Virus record (IMG/VR): IMGVR_UViG_3300028025_005704
Location: 1 to 54,277 of that record
From: a virus
Taxonomy: Duplodnaviria > Caudoviricetes
Length of the DNA stretch: 54,277 bases
Reading direction: 5' to 3' (one strand)
The notes under the pieces are model-generated. The model did not search any database. It was not told where the DNA came from and saw nothing but the letters and a program-made list of their open reading frames with translations. Made by a program: the position numbers and the translations under genes. Of the stretch, positions 46,207-54,277 are shown one piece after another; positions within the stretch are counted from its first letter, which is position 1; each line of letters opens with the position of its first letter.

Positions 46207-47064
46207 TTAGATTTCTAAATCTTGGGTCAGCAAGGTAAGAGCCAAGACGGCCTGCTGTGGGCAGACCCCGTTCCCTGCAAGTTTAAGCTCTTCGGCTCGT
46301 TTAAGTCCATGTCCGACTATCCAATTTTCTGGAAGCCCCATCATCCATTCGCAAAGCGCGGGGCTTAAGCGATGAGCGCCATCTTTTCCAGAAGGCTCGG
46401 TTGGGTCCGGAGCTGGACGCCCCATGATGATCTCCCAACGGCGGATAGCAGGTTCAAACTTTCCCCAGTCTAGGTTTCCATTGTGTAGGTATTGAATCTG
46501 ATCTTCGATACGGGCCTTTGGTGCACCAGCTGCAACTTGTTTAGGTGTTGACCCATTTGCAGAACTGACACGTGGTGTTCCAAGTAGCGGGGTGATTTCA
46601 CCAGAATTAAAAATAGTCCGTGAAATAGTGTCAGTAGAGATTTTCCCATTGCGAGTCTGCGCAACGGATCCATCTTTATGATCGCGAGTTAGTGGAGTAG
46701 GAAGTAGCGCAGGCGAAACTTTTAAGCCATTCTCCTGAGCAAGCTGAGCCATCTGATCACGAACCATGAGCATGCGATTTTTCGCACGAGCTACATCTTC
46801 ACGAATTGCCCCGCCTTGACCCTCAATAGCTGAAGGGGTGCGGAGCATTGCGTCATCAGGAATCTCGTCGAATTGCGAGGATGAAGACTCGGAATCGTTG
46901 GTGAGGGGCTCCCGCTTCGGAAGCTGGTACGCCTTGCCATCGACAGTCATACCCGAGCTCGGCCAAGTCGCCGAGTACAGCACCCATGGCCCTGAGAGCT
47001 GGCTCTCCGGACTTTGTAACCACAAACTCTTCTCCGAGTTCCACGTCGCTATATGCTTTTCCAC
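46207..47064 (-). CDS. C5 cytosine DNA methyltransferase, C-terminal polypeptide (TRD region plus motifs IX-X)
   Basis: Repeated LRTP/LLPTP/LLGTP segments; RLSP...EWMMGLP.NW; LKLAGNGVCPQQA. Confidence 0.8.
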   Translation of the reverse strand: MEKHIATWNSEKSLWLQSPESQLSGPWVLYSATWPSSGMTVDGKAYQLPKREPLTNDSESSSSQFDEIPDDAMLRTPSAIEGQGGAIREDVARAKNRMLMVRDQMAQLAQENGLKVSPALLPTPLTRDHKDGSVAQTRNGKISTDTISRTIFNSGEITPLLGTPRVSSANGSTPKQVAAGAPKARIEDQIQYLHNGNLDWGKFEPAIRRWEIIMGRPAPDPTEPSGKDGAHRLSPALCEWMMGLPENWIVGHGLKRAEELKLAGNGVCPQQAVLALTLLTQDLEI

Positions 47065-47425
47065 TGAGTAGTCCTCTCACGTTCTCGATCACAACATACT
47101 TAGGTTTAATTGTGTCGATAGCTTTTGCAAACTCAGACCAGAGGCCAGAGCGTGTTCCTTCTTTTAGACCAGCACGACCGCCAGCCAAACTTAAATCCTG
47201 ACATGGAAAACCACCGCAAAGGATGTCAACCTGCTCTACTTCTGTCCAGTTGACTTTAGATACATCTCTATAGTTAGGCACGCCTGGAAAGTTGTCTTCT
47301 AGAATTTTAGAAGGGGCCGCATCCCACTCGCAGTGCCAGGCTACGTTCGCATCGAACACCTGAGCAACAGCCATGTCAAGACCGCCGTAACCACTGAAAA
47401 GTGATCCGACTTTGAGTTTTGTCAT
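46856..47425 (-). CDS. C5 cytosine DNA methyltransferase, N-terminal polypeptide (motifs I-VIII)
   Basis: SLFSGYGG, GGFPCQD, ENV, GAPHQRFRVF. Confidence 0.9.
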   Translation of the reverse strand: MTKLKVGSLFSGYGGLDMAVAQVFDANVAWHCEWDAAPSKILEDNFPGVPNYRDVSKVNWTEVEQVDILCGGFPCQDLSLAGGRAGLKEGTRSGLWSEFAKAIDTIKPKYVVIENVRGLLSGKAYSDVELGEEFVVTKSGEPALRAMGAVLGDLAELGYDCRWQGVPASEAGAPHQRFRVFILAIRRDS

Positions 47426-47773
47426 TTATTTTCCGTCTGATAGTAGATATTCCAGCAACACAGGGTTGTCTCGAATTAATACTAGCAGCGATTCTTCCCA
47501 AACTCCAATAAAATAATGTTCCCAGACATCAAAAGAATCATTTTTCTTAGGGGTTATAGAGGTGTCATAAACGTTTCTAGCAGCGTGCATCAACTCATGC
47601 CAAAGGGTTAGTTGTTGTCTACTCAGAGAAAGATTGCTATCTATGACAATAAGGTTTTCAGTGTCCAAAGTATAGCCAAAAGTCGCATCATTTAGCATCC
47701 CATCGTCATGGCGCGAGCGCTCGACTACGTCATACCACTGACTGCCGACTCTGACCTTGCTTGGGAGCTCCAT
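47426..47773 (-). CDS. HExxH zincin-like phage protein
   Basis: I.ID..LS......TLWHELMHA. Confidence 0.65.
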   Translation of the reverse strand: MELPSKVRVGSQWYDVVERSRHDDGMLNDATFGYTLDTENLIVIDSNLSLSRQQLTLWHELMHAARNVYDTSITPKKNDSFDVWEHYFIGVWEESLLVLIRDNPVLLEYLLSDGK

Positions 47774-47794
47774 GCTAGCTAGTCTACCGCAGGT

Positions 47795-48418
47795 TTACGG
47801 CAGCTTCTTTTTGGTAAAAGCAGTGGTGGCATACCTCATTCCAGAGGTTACAGGCGCAACCCCATGGGCATATTCGACGGTACCAGGGTGTATGACCAAG
47901 CTGCCAGCCTCGGGTTTAATTGCAAGTTTTAGATCAGGGTAGTACAGCTCCCCGCCCTCGTAATCATCATTAAGGTATAGAACTATACCGTGAGGGGTGT
48001 CAACGTTTACTGCAAGGCTGGGGATGTTGTCTGCATGAACTGCCATATCTTTGCCGACACCCATGCCGTTTATGGTTCCTAGGTATAAGTAGGTCACTTC
48101 TTCATCATAACCGTACAGCTCTTCATATACCTTTGTTAGTCGATTATTTACATCTTTTAGAATCAAATGAATTTTTTCATCATTGAGATTGTTAACAAAG
48201 ACAAAAGGGGCGTTTTTAGAGTTAATGTTTCCGTCATTAGAGTAACCAATTAGATGATTGTTGTCAGCCTGGTTTTCTACTATGTCAGTGATTGCTGATA
48301 GAACGTAGCGACAATCTTCTCCAGCCAAAAAATTTTTAAGGTATACAATCTCGGTATTAGAGATATCACTAGAGAATAAAGAAACATCAGGATGCATTTG
48401 CTTGGAAGTACCTTCCAT
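47795..48418 (-). CDS. Fe(II)/2OG dioxygenase (P4H-like)
   Basis: HAD...YLNDDYEGGEL...HGV...RY. Confidence 0.9.
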   Translation of the reverse strand: MEGTSKQMHPDVSLFSSDISNTEIVYLKNFLAGEDCRYVLSAITDIVENQADNNHLIGYSNDGNINSKNAPFVFVNNLNDEKIHLILKDVNNRLTKVYEELYGYDEEVTYLYLGTINGMGVGKDMAVHADNIPSLAVNVDTPHGIVLYLNDDYEGGELYYPDLKLAIKPEAGSLVIHPGTVEYAHGVAPVTSGMRYATTAFTKKKLP

Positions 48419-48995
48419 ACTCGGTATAAGGGATCACAGTAGAGTCAATCCACCAGTCCTCATGGGGGTGGCGCTGTACTAGTTTGTACCCATAGCTCGA
48501 AAGAATTGCCCGCTGAGCGTCACGATCAGGGGTGTTCTTATAGTTATTCATGCAATCATGTTCAAACTGAATAATAGTAAACCTGTAAGAACTGAGAGGA
48601 AGGTTGACTAGCCCTTTGAGGCACAGCGAGTCAGGGCCAACCTCATTTCCTAGGTTGTCGTAACCAGCGTCCATATCTACTTGGAGATAGTCAATCTGTT
48701 TTGGGAAATTATTTTCTTCAAAGTATTTACGAAAATCAAAAGTTGTAGCGTCATGCAGAATGCACGGATTCTTGCGGTTAGCGTTTACTTCCTCGACAAC
48801 GCTAGGAATGACATCAAAGGCTACACCTTTCCAGTCAAATCCATTTTCTAAAAGCCAAGTGTTGCTTCCTTTTTTTGAATGAAAAGCCCCAAGCTCAACA
48901 TAGTATCCGCCACGTTTTTCATTTAAGACACTAAGCACGAATGACTCATTGCCCCCACCGCCACTGTTACTCTCTGGATATATTTTGTAATTCAT
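48387..48995 (-). CDS. FkbM-like SAM-dependent methyltransferase
   Basis: GYYVELGA....SNT..LE..FDWKG, IDYLQVD, FEH, EDWW. Confidence 0.75.
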   Translation of the reverse strand: MNYKIYPESNSGGGGNESFVLSVLNEKRGGYYVELGAFHSKKGSNTWLLENGFDWKGVAFDVIPSVVEEVNANRKNPCILHDATTFDFRKYFEENNFPKQIDYLQVDMDAGYDNLGNEVGPDSLCLKGLVNLPLSSYRFTIIQFEHDCMNNYKNTPDRDAQRAILSSYGYKLVQRHPHEDWWIDSTVIPYTEYGRYFQANAS

Positions 48996-49261
48996 CTAGG
49001 ACTTTCAATAGATTCAATAACTTCAATCGCCCAAACGGCACTAGCACCGTCCGCATCCCCTAGTGCTTTAATAATTTTTAGTTTCATATCTTCAGCGCCG
49101 AGCTCATAGCCAAAAGTTGTAGATGCGTCGATAGCTTCTGTTATCGCATAAGAGAGGGCTTCTTTTGCAGATAATGCAGCGCGAACAGCTCCCCCAATTT
49201 TTGTAACAATCTGATCATCTAGATCTAGTGGCGGTACATTCTCAAAATCGTTGAGGGACAT
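48992..49261 (-). CDS. Hypothetical protein
   Basis: ATGA-coupled to the FkbM-like gene. Confidence 0.5.
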   Translation of the reverse strand: MSLNDFENVPPLDLDDQIVTKIGGAVRAALSAKEALSYAITEAIDASTTFGYELGAEDMKLKIIKALGDADGASAVWAIEVIESIESPR

Positions 49262-49378
49262 TTACTTACTTTCTAATCTGTAGTGGGTCTGTAGGACGCG
49301 TCTTTCTTTATAACACTTAGGGCAATAGCTGCCCATAAATCTAATTCTATGCTTTCGGCAAGGGTATCCTCTTTTCAC

Positions 49379-50077
49379 CTAGGGTGCAACCCTTCCATTG
49401 TCATTAAAGGTCTTGTAGGTGATCGGCATTTTTTGAGCAAAGAACTCTTCCATCTGCTCGGCTACCATCTCGATTTCCCGCTGAGGAAAACTAGGAAAGT
49501 GAGTGCCCTCACGAGTAGTACGCAGACTGAGAAAGTTCATAAGCGATCTAGCATTCATGGTCACATACATGCTCGAGTAAATATTCAGCGGAAGAACCAT
49601 GCGGGCAACTTCACGAGCAATGCCTTCATCCAACATATCTTGATAGCGGGCATACGCATCTTCAGATGCAACAAAGACGGCACTGTCTACAGCTTCGTAT
49701 TGCTCTTGACTGCCATCTTCAAAAGTGTAGGCCCCTGGTTTACCAACTTGAATTAGCTTACGGTTTACGTCAGGAACGTAGAAAACAGGTGATAGCTCTT
49801 TGTAGCGGCCGGATTCTTCGTTGTAGCTTGCAATTCGGTGACGCATGAACTCTCTAAATACAAAAATAGGAGCCTCGATGAAGAAGGTAAATGCGTTGTG
49901 CTCAAACGGTGAACCGTGGCGATCACGCATCAGGTAGTTAATAAGTCCGGCGTCCTTACTGTCGTCCTCGTTAGATGCTCCAGTAGATACGCGAGCTGCC
50001 ATAGCGACGGCCGAATCAGAGGCCATGGAGTCGATAAGCTTCACAGTCATGTTACTGCGGTAGGTGATTTCGGTCAT
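49379..50077 (-). CDS. thyX: Flavin-dependent thymidylate synthase
   Basis: HGSPFEH, REFMRHR...SYNEESGRY, REVARMVLP, NARSLMNFLSLR. Confidence 0.96.
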   Translation of the reverse strand: MTEITYRSNMTVKLIDSMASDSAVAMAARVSTGASNEDDSKDAGLINYLMRDRHGSPFEHNAFTFFIEAPIFVFREFMRHRIASYNEESGRYKELSPVFYVPDVNRKLIQVGKPGAYTFEDGSQEQYEAVDSAVFVASEDAYARYQDMLDEGIAREVARMVLPLNIYSSMYVTMNARSLMNFLSLRTTREGTHFPSFPQREIEMVAEQMEEFFAQKMPITYKTFNDNGRVAP

Positions 50078-50101
50078 GCATTTACCCTACCATAGGGATG
50101 T

Positions 50102-51547
50102 TTACTGATTGCTAGTTATGATTTTGGTGTCATACAAAGTTTCCCACATAAAGATGTCAATCTTATCATTCAACAGTGGTTGGCCTTTAATATTCAAACT
50201 TGTATTCAAGAGAACTGGTACCCCTGTAAGTGCATACCATTTCTCTAAAACAGCATAGAGTCCAGGGTGCTGAGCCTTGTTCACCGTTTGGACCCTAGAG
50301 GTTCCGTCATAGTGGACAACGCTAGGTACTAACTCTGGCTTTAAACACTTAGGAGTGAACTGCATATAAGGAGAGACATAGTCCATATCAAACCACTCAG
50401 TCGCATGTTCTTCCATAACCACGGGGGCGAATGGTCTAAACAACTCGCGTTGCTTAATTCTATTCACCTTGTCCTTGATGTCAGGATCTCGAGGGTCAGC
50501 CAAAATACTTCGATTACCTAAAGCCCTAGGTCCGTACTCCGCCCTACCACTAGCCACTGGGGCAACTTTGTTTTTTATAAGTGCGTCTACTATCTCATCT
50601 ACAGGATACTCACCGGGGAGATTAGTACCTAGATAAGGACCCTGCCAGTCGAGCTTTTTGCCGTGAACAATAGCTGCAGCACCAAGAGATGATCCAGCAT
50701 CCCCTGGGTTAGGCATAATCCACACGTTAGGGAATATGTCATGAAGAAGGGTATTTGCCTTGCTATTGAGAGCACAGCCTCCAGCAAAAACTAGATTCTC
50801 GCTCCACGATTCCTGTCTAGCAATATAGATAAAATCCCAGAGCCTGTCTTCGTAAATCTTTTGTACCGCTGCAGCTATATGGAACTTATCGTTCTCTGAT
50901 ATGTCCTGTCCCCAGTTATTAATTCCTTTATGAAAATTGTAAGTTTGTTTGTACACGGAAGGGAAATACTCGGACACTTTGTCAAAGTATAAATCTGGAT
51001 CACCATAAGCCGCCATCCCCATCATGATGTACTCTTCTTCATTTGGCTTTAACCCGACCAGTTGAGTAAACGCCGAGTAAAAGAGTCCAAAACTAAATGG
51101 GTACTTCCATCGCTTTACTTGCTTAAGTTCGTCGTCCTTAGCGTGCCAAACCGAACTAGTAGTGAACTCTCCAATTGCGTCTAACACGACCACTACTGCA
51201 TCATCAAACGGCGAGGTGTAGTATCCAGCTGCAGCGTGGGAGTGGTGGTGGTATGCCGTGTAGACAGGAATACCCTTAAGTTCTGGCATACTCTTGTAAA
51301 AAGGTCTACCCCCGCCAAGACCTCCACGAGTTGATATGCGCCACTTCTTTAGCCAACGATCCTCGTAGTAAGCAATCTGATCTGGCTTGCCATACGATAG
51401 AGCCTCGAGTATTAGTTCACGATTGGCGTACCAATCATTCTTTTTCTTAGAGTAACGTTCAGCATGTCCAGCAAATAGAATTTTGCCATCCTCTATGACC
51501 GACACTGAAGCGTCGTGGGATGTCTCGTTTATCCCTAAAACTCTCAT
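50102..51547 (-). CDS. Carbamoyltransferase (NodU/CmcH/TobZ family)
   Basis: HDAS, HHHSHAA, AGGCALN, GDAG, EYGPRALGNRSILADPR, FRPFAP, DGTSRVQTV, LNTSLN. Confidence 0.95.
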   Translation of the reverse strand: MRVLGINETSHDASVSVIEDGKILFAGHAERYSKKKNDWYANRELILEALSYGKPDQIAYYEDRWLKKWRISTRGGLGGGRPFYKSMPELKGIPVYTAYHHHSHAAAGYYTSPFDDAVVVVLDAIGEFTTSSVWHAKDDELKQVKRWKYPFSFGLFYSAFTQLVGLKPNEEEYIMMGMAAYGDPDLYFDKVSEYFPSVYKQTYNFHKGINNWGQDISENDKFHIAAAVQKIYEDRLWDFIYIARQESWSENLVFAGGCALNSKANTLLHDIFPNVWIMPNPGDAGSSLGAAAIVHGKKLDWQGPYLGTNLPGEYPVDEIVDALIKNKVAPVASGRAEYGPRALGNRSILADPRDPDIKDKVNRIKQRELFRPFAPVVMEEHATEWFDMDYVSPYMQFTPKCLKPELVPSVVHYDGTSRVQTVNKAQHPGLYAVLEKWYALTGVPVLLNTSLNIKGQPLLNDKIDIFMWETLYDTKIITSNQ

Positions 51548-52065
51548 GACTGCCTACTTAATCGAGAGATAGCTTTGTCGGTAAAATCTTTAATCATCAC
51601 AGAAGCAGCGCACTTGCCGTCACAGCCTCTAAATTTATATAAATCATTCTGATCTAAATTATTTATATTTGATAAAGTTATGTGCACGTCAGGGTACGCA
51701 CTGCTACCCCTGTCATTACATCCTAAAGAATTTAATATTGCTAAGTCTAAATTAGAATCAAAATCCCTAGAGACAGAAGACCAAAGTTTTTTATTGCATG
51801 ATATTAAAGTCTTTGATTTTTTTAAAGATTTCCTAGCAATATGCTCTGCTGCAATTTTATCATCTATGCATTCAAAAATAAATGTAACATCTTCATTATT
51901 AAGAGGTATGTCTATATCGGTAACAAAGTTAATCTCGCTTTGCTCGAGGGGGGCTTTTGGGGTTTTAGTTACAACATATGCAATTTCAACGCCACTAATG
52001 CTAGTCAACCCCGACACAACATGTCTACCTACATTTCCAAAACCATAGACGGCAACTTTAATCAT
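51544..52065 (-). CDS. Rossmann-fold protein resembling the homoserine dehydrogenase NAD-binding domain
   Basis: IKVAVYGFGNVG, IFECI, LISCNK, C-terminal DG..AA; start re-assigned to the ATG overlapping the upstream gene. Confidence 0.65.
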   Translation of the reverse strand: MIKVAVYGFGNVGRHVVSGLTSISGVEIAYVVTKTPKAPLEQSEINFVTDIDIPLNNEDVTFIFECIDDKIAAEHIARKSLKKSKTLISCNKKLWSSVSRDFDSNLDLAILNSLGCNDRGSSAYPDVHITLSNINNLDQNDLYKFRGCDGKCAASVMIKDFTDKAISRLSRQS

Positions 52066-52693
52066 TTTGCTTTTTATTAAATATAAATACCGGAGCAACG
52101 TACCTAGTTGGCCCTTCATTGACGTTACTTACACCATGCAGGTAGTCTGCAGAAAATATAACAAGCGATTTGGCGGGCGGTTTTATTTTTAGCTCAAAGC
52201 GGGGGAAGTACAGCTCCCCCCCTTCGTAGTCGTCATTTAAATACGCAACCGCAGCATATTTCAAATTAGAATCATGCTCACTATCGATGTGCTCTGTCAA
52301 TTTAGTACCAAAATAATGTCTTTGAATCACATCAAACTCATTGACCGAGTACTTATCCTGCGGGATAAGCATCTGAGCTCTAGCAGCAATTTGCTCTGGC
52401 ATCGGGCTTAAAGGTTCTGTTCTTAAAGCTTTATCAATCCAACTTGGATTTACGTGTAGCAGTCCTTCTTCAATTAAAGTTGCGATGTCAGTTCTATTGT
52501 ATTTATCTACAGCTTGATCCTCTAACGCTTTTAAATAGGACACTGTCCAGTCAACCTCATTAGCGTCAGTTGCAAATCTGTGGTAGGTACCGCGCTCTTC
52601 TTCGGTAAGAAAGTTATAGAGTATGTAGACATCGTCTGCAAGTTCTTTATACTCATACCCAGAGTCACCGATTAACGCTCTAATTTCACTCAT
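52058..52693 (-). CDS. Fe(II)/2OG dioxygenase (P4H-like)
   Basis: HID...YLNDDYEGGELYF...HGV...RY. Confidence 0.9.
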   Translation of the reverse strand: MSEIRALIGDSGYEYKELADDVYILYNFLTEEERGTYHRFATDANEVDWTVSYLKALEDQAVDKYNRTDIATLIEEGLLHVNPSWIDKALRTEPLSPMPEQIAARAQMLIPQDKYSVNEFDVIQRHYFGTKLTEHIDSEHDSNLKYAAVAYLNDDYEGGELYFPRFELKIKPPAKSLVIFSADYLHGVSNVNEGPTRYVAPVFIFNKKQND

Positions 52694-52762
52694 ATAGTAG
52701 ACTATATCACGCTAATAGTGCTAGGTTTAACCTACAGACTTAAACCTGGATAGGACATTTTT

Positions 52763-53365
52763 ATGATTGAATTTGACAGATTAGAAGAAGTGCGAGCTGG
52801 GATTGAAGAGGCCCGCGGCGACGGGGTAGCCGTAATCTTTAAAAATTTGGTTCCAGCGGTGCCTTCTTGGGAAAATTTTCTTAAGCTAATTGACAAAGAA
52901 ATCCATGGAGAGCCTAGCCGCGGGGGGTCTCATGCCCCCTTCGAGGAGCGAGTCATAAACGGAGTTACAATACGTAACTTATTTTATTTAATGGTTAGAC
53001 TCTCAGATAGGGAGAACTTTCCCGAAGCAGAACAGCTATACAAAATCTTTCATTCTGTTCTAAAAGTAGAGCTTGATCCAGTAAGTGCGTTTATTAACAT
53101 CATCGGAGGAGAAAAACCTGGAGAAGCTCACAGGGATAATCGAGAGACTATATTTTGGCAATGCCACGGGGAAGCCAAGTGGTATTTCTACGATGCGCCT
53201 GAATATGGCCACTACGACACAGATAAGCTAGAAATTATAAAGACTATTGCTTTAGAACCAGGTGACGTCCTATTCATGAGGAATAAAGCTATGCATTCTG
53301 TAGAAAATTTTGGCCCTAGAGCTTCAATAGCTTTTATGCCAAGTAAGGAAGGCGACCTCGAATGA
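52763..53365 (+). CDS. JmjC/cupin-like oxygenase
   Basis: HRD...FWQCHG...W...LEPGDVLF....MHSV. Confidence 0.8.
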   Translation: MIEFDRLEEVRAGIEEARGDGVAVIFKNLVPAVPSWENFLKLIDKEIHGEPSRGGSHAPFEERVINGVTIRNLFYLMVRLSDRENFPEAEQLYKIFHSVLKVELDPVSAFINIIGGEKPGEAHRDNRETIFWQCHGEAKWYFYDAPEYGHYDTDKLEIIKTIALEPGDVLFMRNKAMHSVENFGPRASIAFMPSKEGDLE

Positions 53366-54027
53366 ACGAATCAAGACTAGAAGAGCTAAAAACTGGTATC
53401 GAACAGGTACGTAATGGCGGCTTGGCCATAGTATTCAAAAACCTATATTCAGATGTCCCCGATTGGGATAAATTTGTTGCATTCACCCACCACAAGGTGC
53501 ATCAACCGCCAGGGAACATTCCGATGATGCCGCTAGAAGAGCGGGTAATCAACGGTGTCGTCTTACGTAATCTTTTCTATCTAATGGTCTCTAGCCCAAG
53601 TGATGACTTCTTCCCACAAATCACGGAAATCATGGAGACTTTTTCAGATTTACTTGGTGGAGAAGTTTTGCCAGTCAGCGCGTTTATTAATTTTATCGGT
53701 AAAGAAAAGCCAATCGCCCCCCACTGCGATATGCGAGAAACCGTGTACTGGCAGTGTCAAGGTACCGCTCTTTGGAAGATATACAAAGAATCCCCTATAA
53801 ATGACCACAACGTTGGATATGTGCAACCGGTGGCAGAGTACTTGCTACAACCAGGCGATGTGATTTATGTTGGCCGCGAAGTCGGGCACTCTGTCGTAAC
53901 AAACGAACCACGTTGCGCCATAGGGTTTCAATACAAACAAGACAACTCTAGGTTTAAAGAAAATCACGATTTGGTCAAAAACCACTACGAAAGCATTGGC
54001 GTAACAATTAACGAACCGCGTTACTAA
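53362..54027 (+). CDS. JmjC/cupin-like oxygenase, tandem paralog
   Basis: HCD...YWQCQG...W...LQPGDVIY....GHSV; shares EERVINGV..RNLFYLMV with the upstream gene. Confidence 0.8.
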   Translation: MNESRLEELKTGIEQVRNGGLAIVFKNLYSDVPDWDKFVAFTHHKVHQPPGNIPMMPLEERVINGVVLRNLFYLMVSSPSDDFFPQITEIMETFSDLLGGEVLPVSAFINFIGKEKPIAPHCDMRETVYWQCQGTALWKIYKESPINDHNVGYVQPVAEYLLQPGDVIYVGREVGHSVVTNEPRCAIGFQYKQDNSRFKENHDLVKNHYESIGVTINEPRY

Positions 54028-54277
54028 TGGTGGAGATGGGGGGAATTGAACCCCCGTCCGATCAAAGACTAACTATTCTTCTACAAGCTTAGGCTATAAC
54101 CGCCACGGTACTGCAACGGCGGGATCTTAGGGTCTCCTGCTGCAACCACTGTTGTTCTATTTATTTAAAACCTGACTGCCCAGCTAGAACTACTGCTTTG
54201 TCAGGGGCATAAGCGGCTATTAAGCAGCTAGTGCGAATGCTGAACGTGAGTTTGCATTTATGGTTTGCCACACTTAA
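54028..54277 (-). ncRNA. ssrA: tmRNA (5' end lies beyond the window)
   Basis: 3' tRNA-Ala-like arm GACGGGGGTTCAATTCCCCCCATCTCCACCA; tag ORF 54255-54220 reads ANSRSAFALAA* after AUAAAU. Confidence 0.93.

Noticed and set aside
46856-47064. Methyltransferase pseudogene caused by a sequencing frameshift
   Set aside because: Long dual-open overlap, an own ATG with a GAGGA RBS for the second ORF, and all catalytic motifs intact
54028-54060. Stand-alone tRNA-Ala
   Set aside because: No anticodon arm follows, and a proteolysis-tag ORF is present, so it is tmRNA
1-54277. Stop-codon reassignment, DGR or retron
   Set aside because: Recognisable genes are full length in code 11 with all three stops used; no reverse transcriptase or template/variable repeat pair seen

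Overview
This window looks like part of a large dsDNA phage genome that infects Actinobacteria. The host call rests on an actinobacterial-type SSB, a ClgR-like regulator, a tmRNA whose tag ends in FALAA, and widespread leaderless genes; a freshwater Microbacteriaceae-like host is an inference. No capsid, portal or large-terminase gene was recognised. Layout: (i) about 1.6-2.2 kb is a G/T-skewed non-coding tract that may be a genome terminus. (ii) About 2.3-16.7 kb is a minus-strand 'early' region of promoter-RBS-small ORF-terminator cassettes (SSB, HicA-like, ClgR-like, DUF1281-like, AAA+/vWA pair). (iii) 16.7-27 kb holds HTH proteins, a CHAP-fold protein, a putative small terminase, a glycosyltransferase and an AT-rich origin-like locus. 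(iv) 27-33.6 kb is a plus-strand block with a 1090-aa exported protein, a thermonuclease and two M23 peptidases. (v) 33.7-54.3 kb holds Hsp20, a serine recombinase, NlpC/P60, a subtilase, dNMP kinase, a split C5 DNA methyltransferase, an FkbM methyltransferase, ThyX, a carbamoyltransferase, two JmjC-like proteins and tmRNA; eight P4H-like Fe/2OG oxygenases are scattered from 18.8 to 52.7 kb. The most striking signal is in the early region. Restriction-type words (GATC, AGCT/GCWGC, CCGG, CCWGG) are absent from key coding sequences but densely packed into the spacers between cassettes and into a 540-bp array. Other highlights are an Fe/2OG enzyme with the HxA halogenase signature and three dispersed, strand-polarised DNA motifs. 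All counts were made by eye, and family names come from motif recognition, not database searches.
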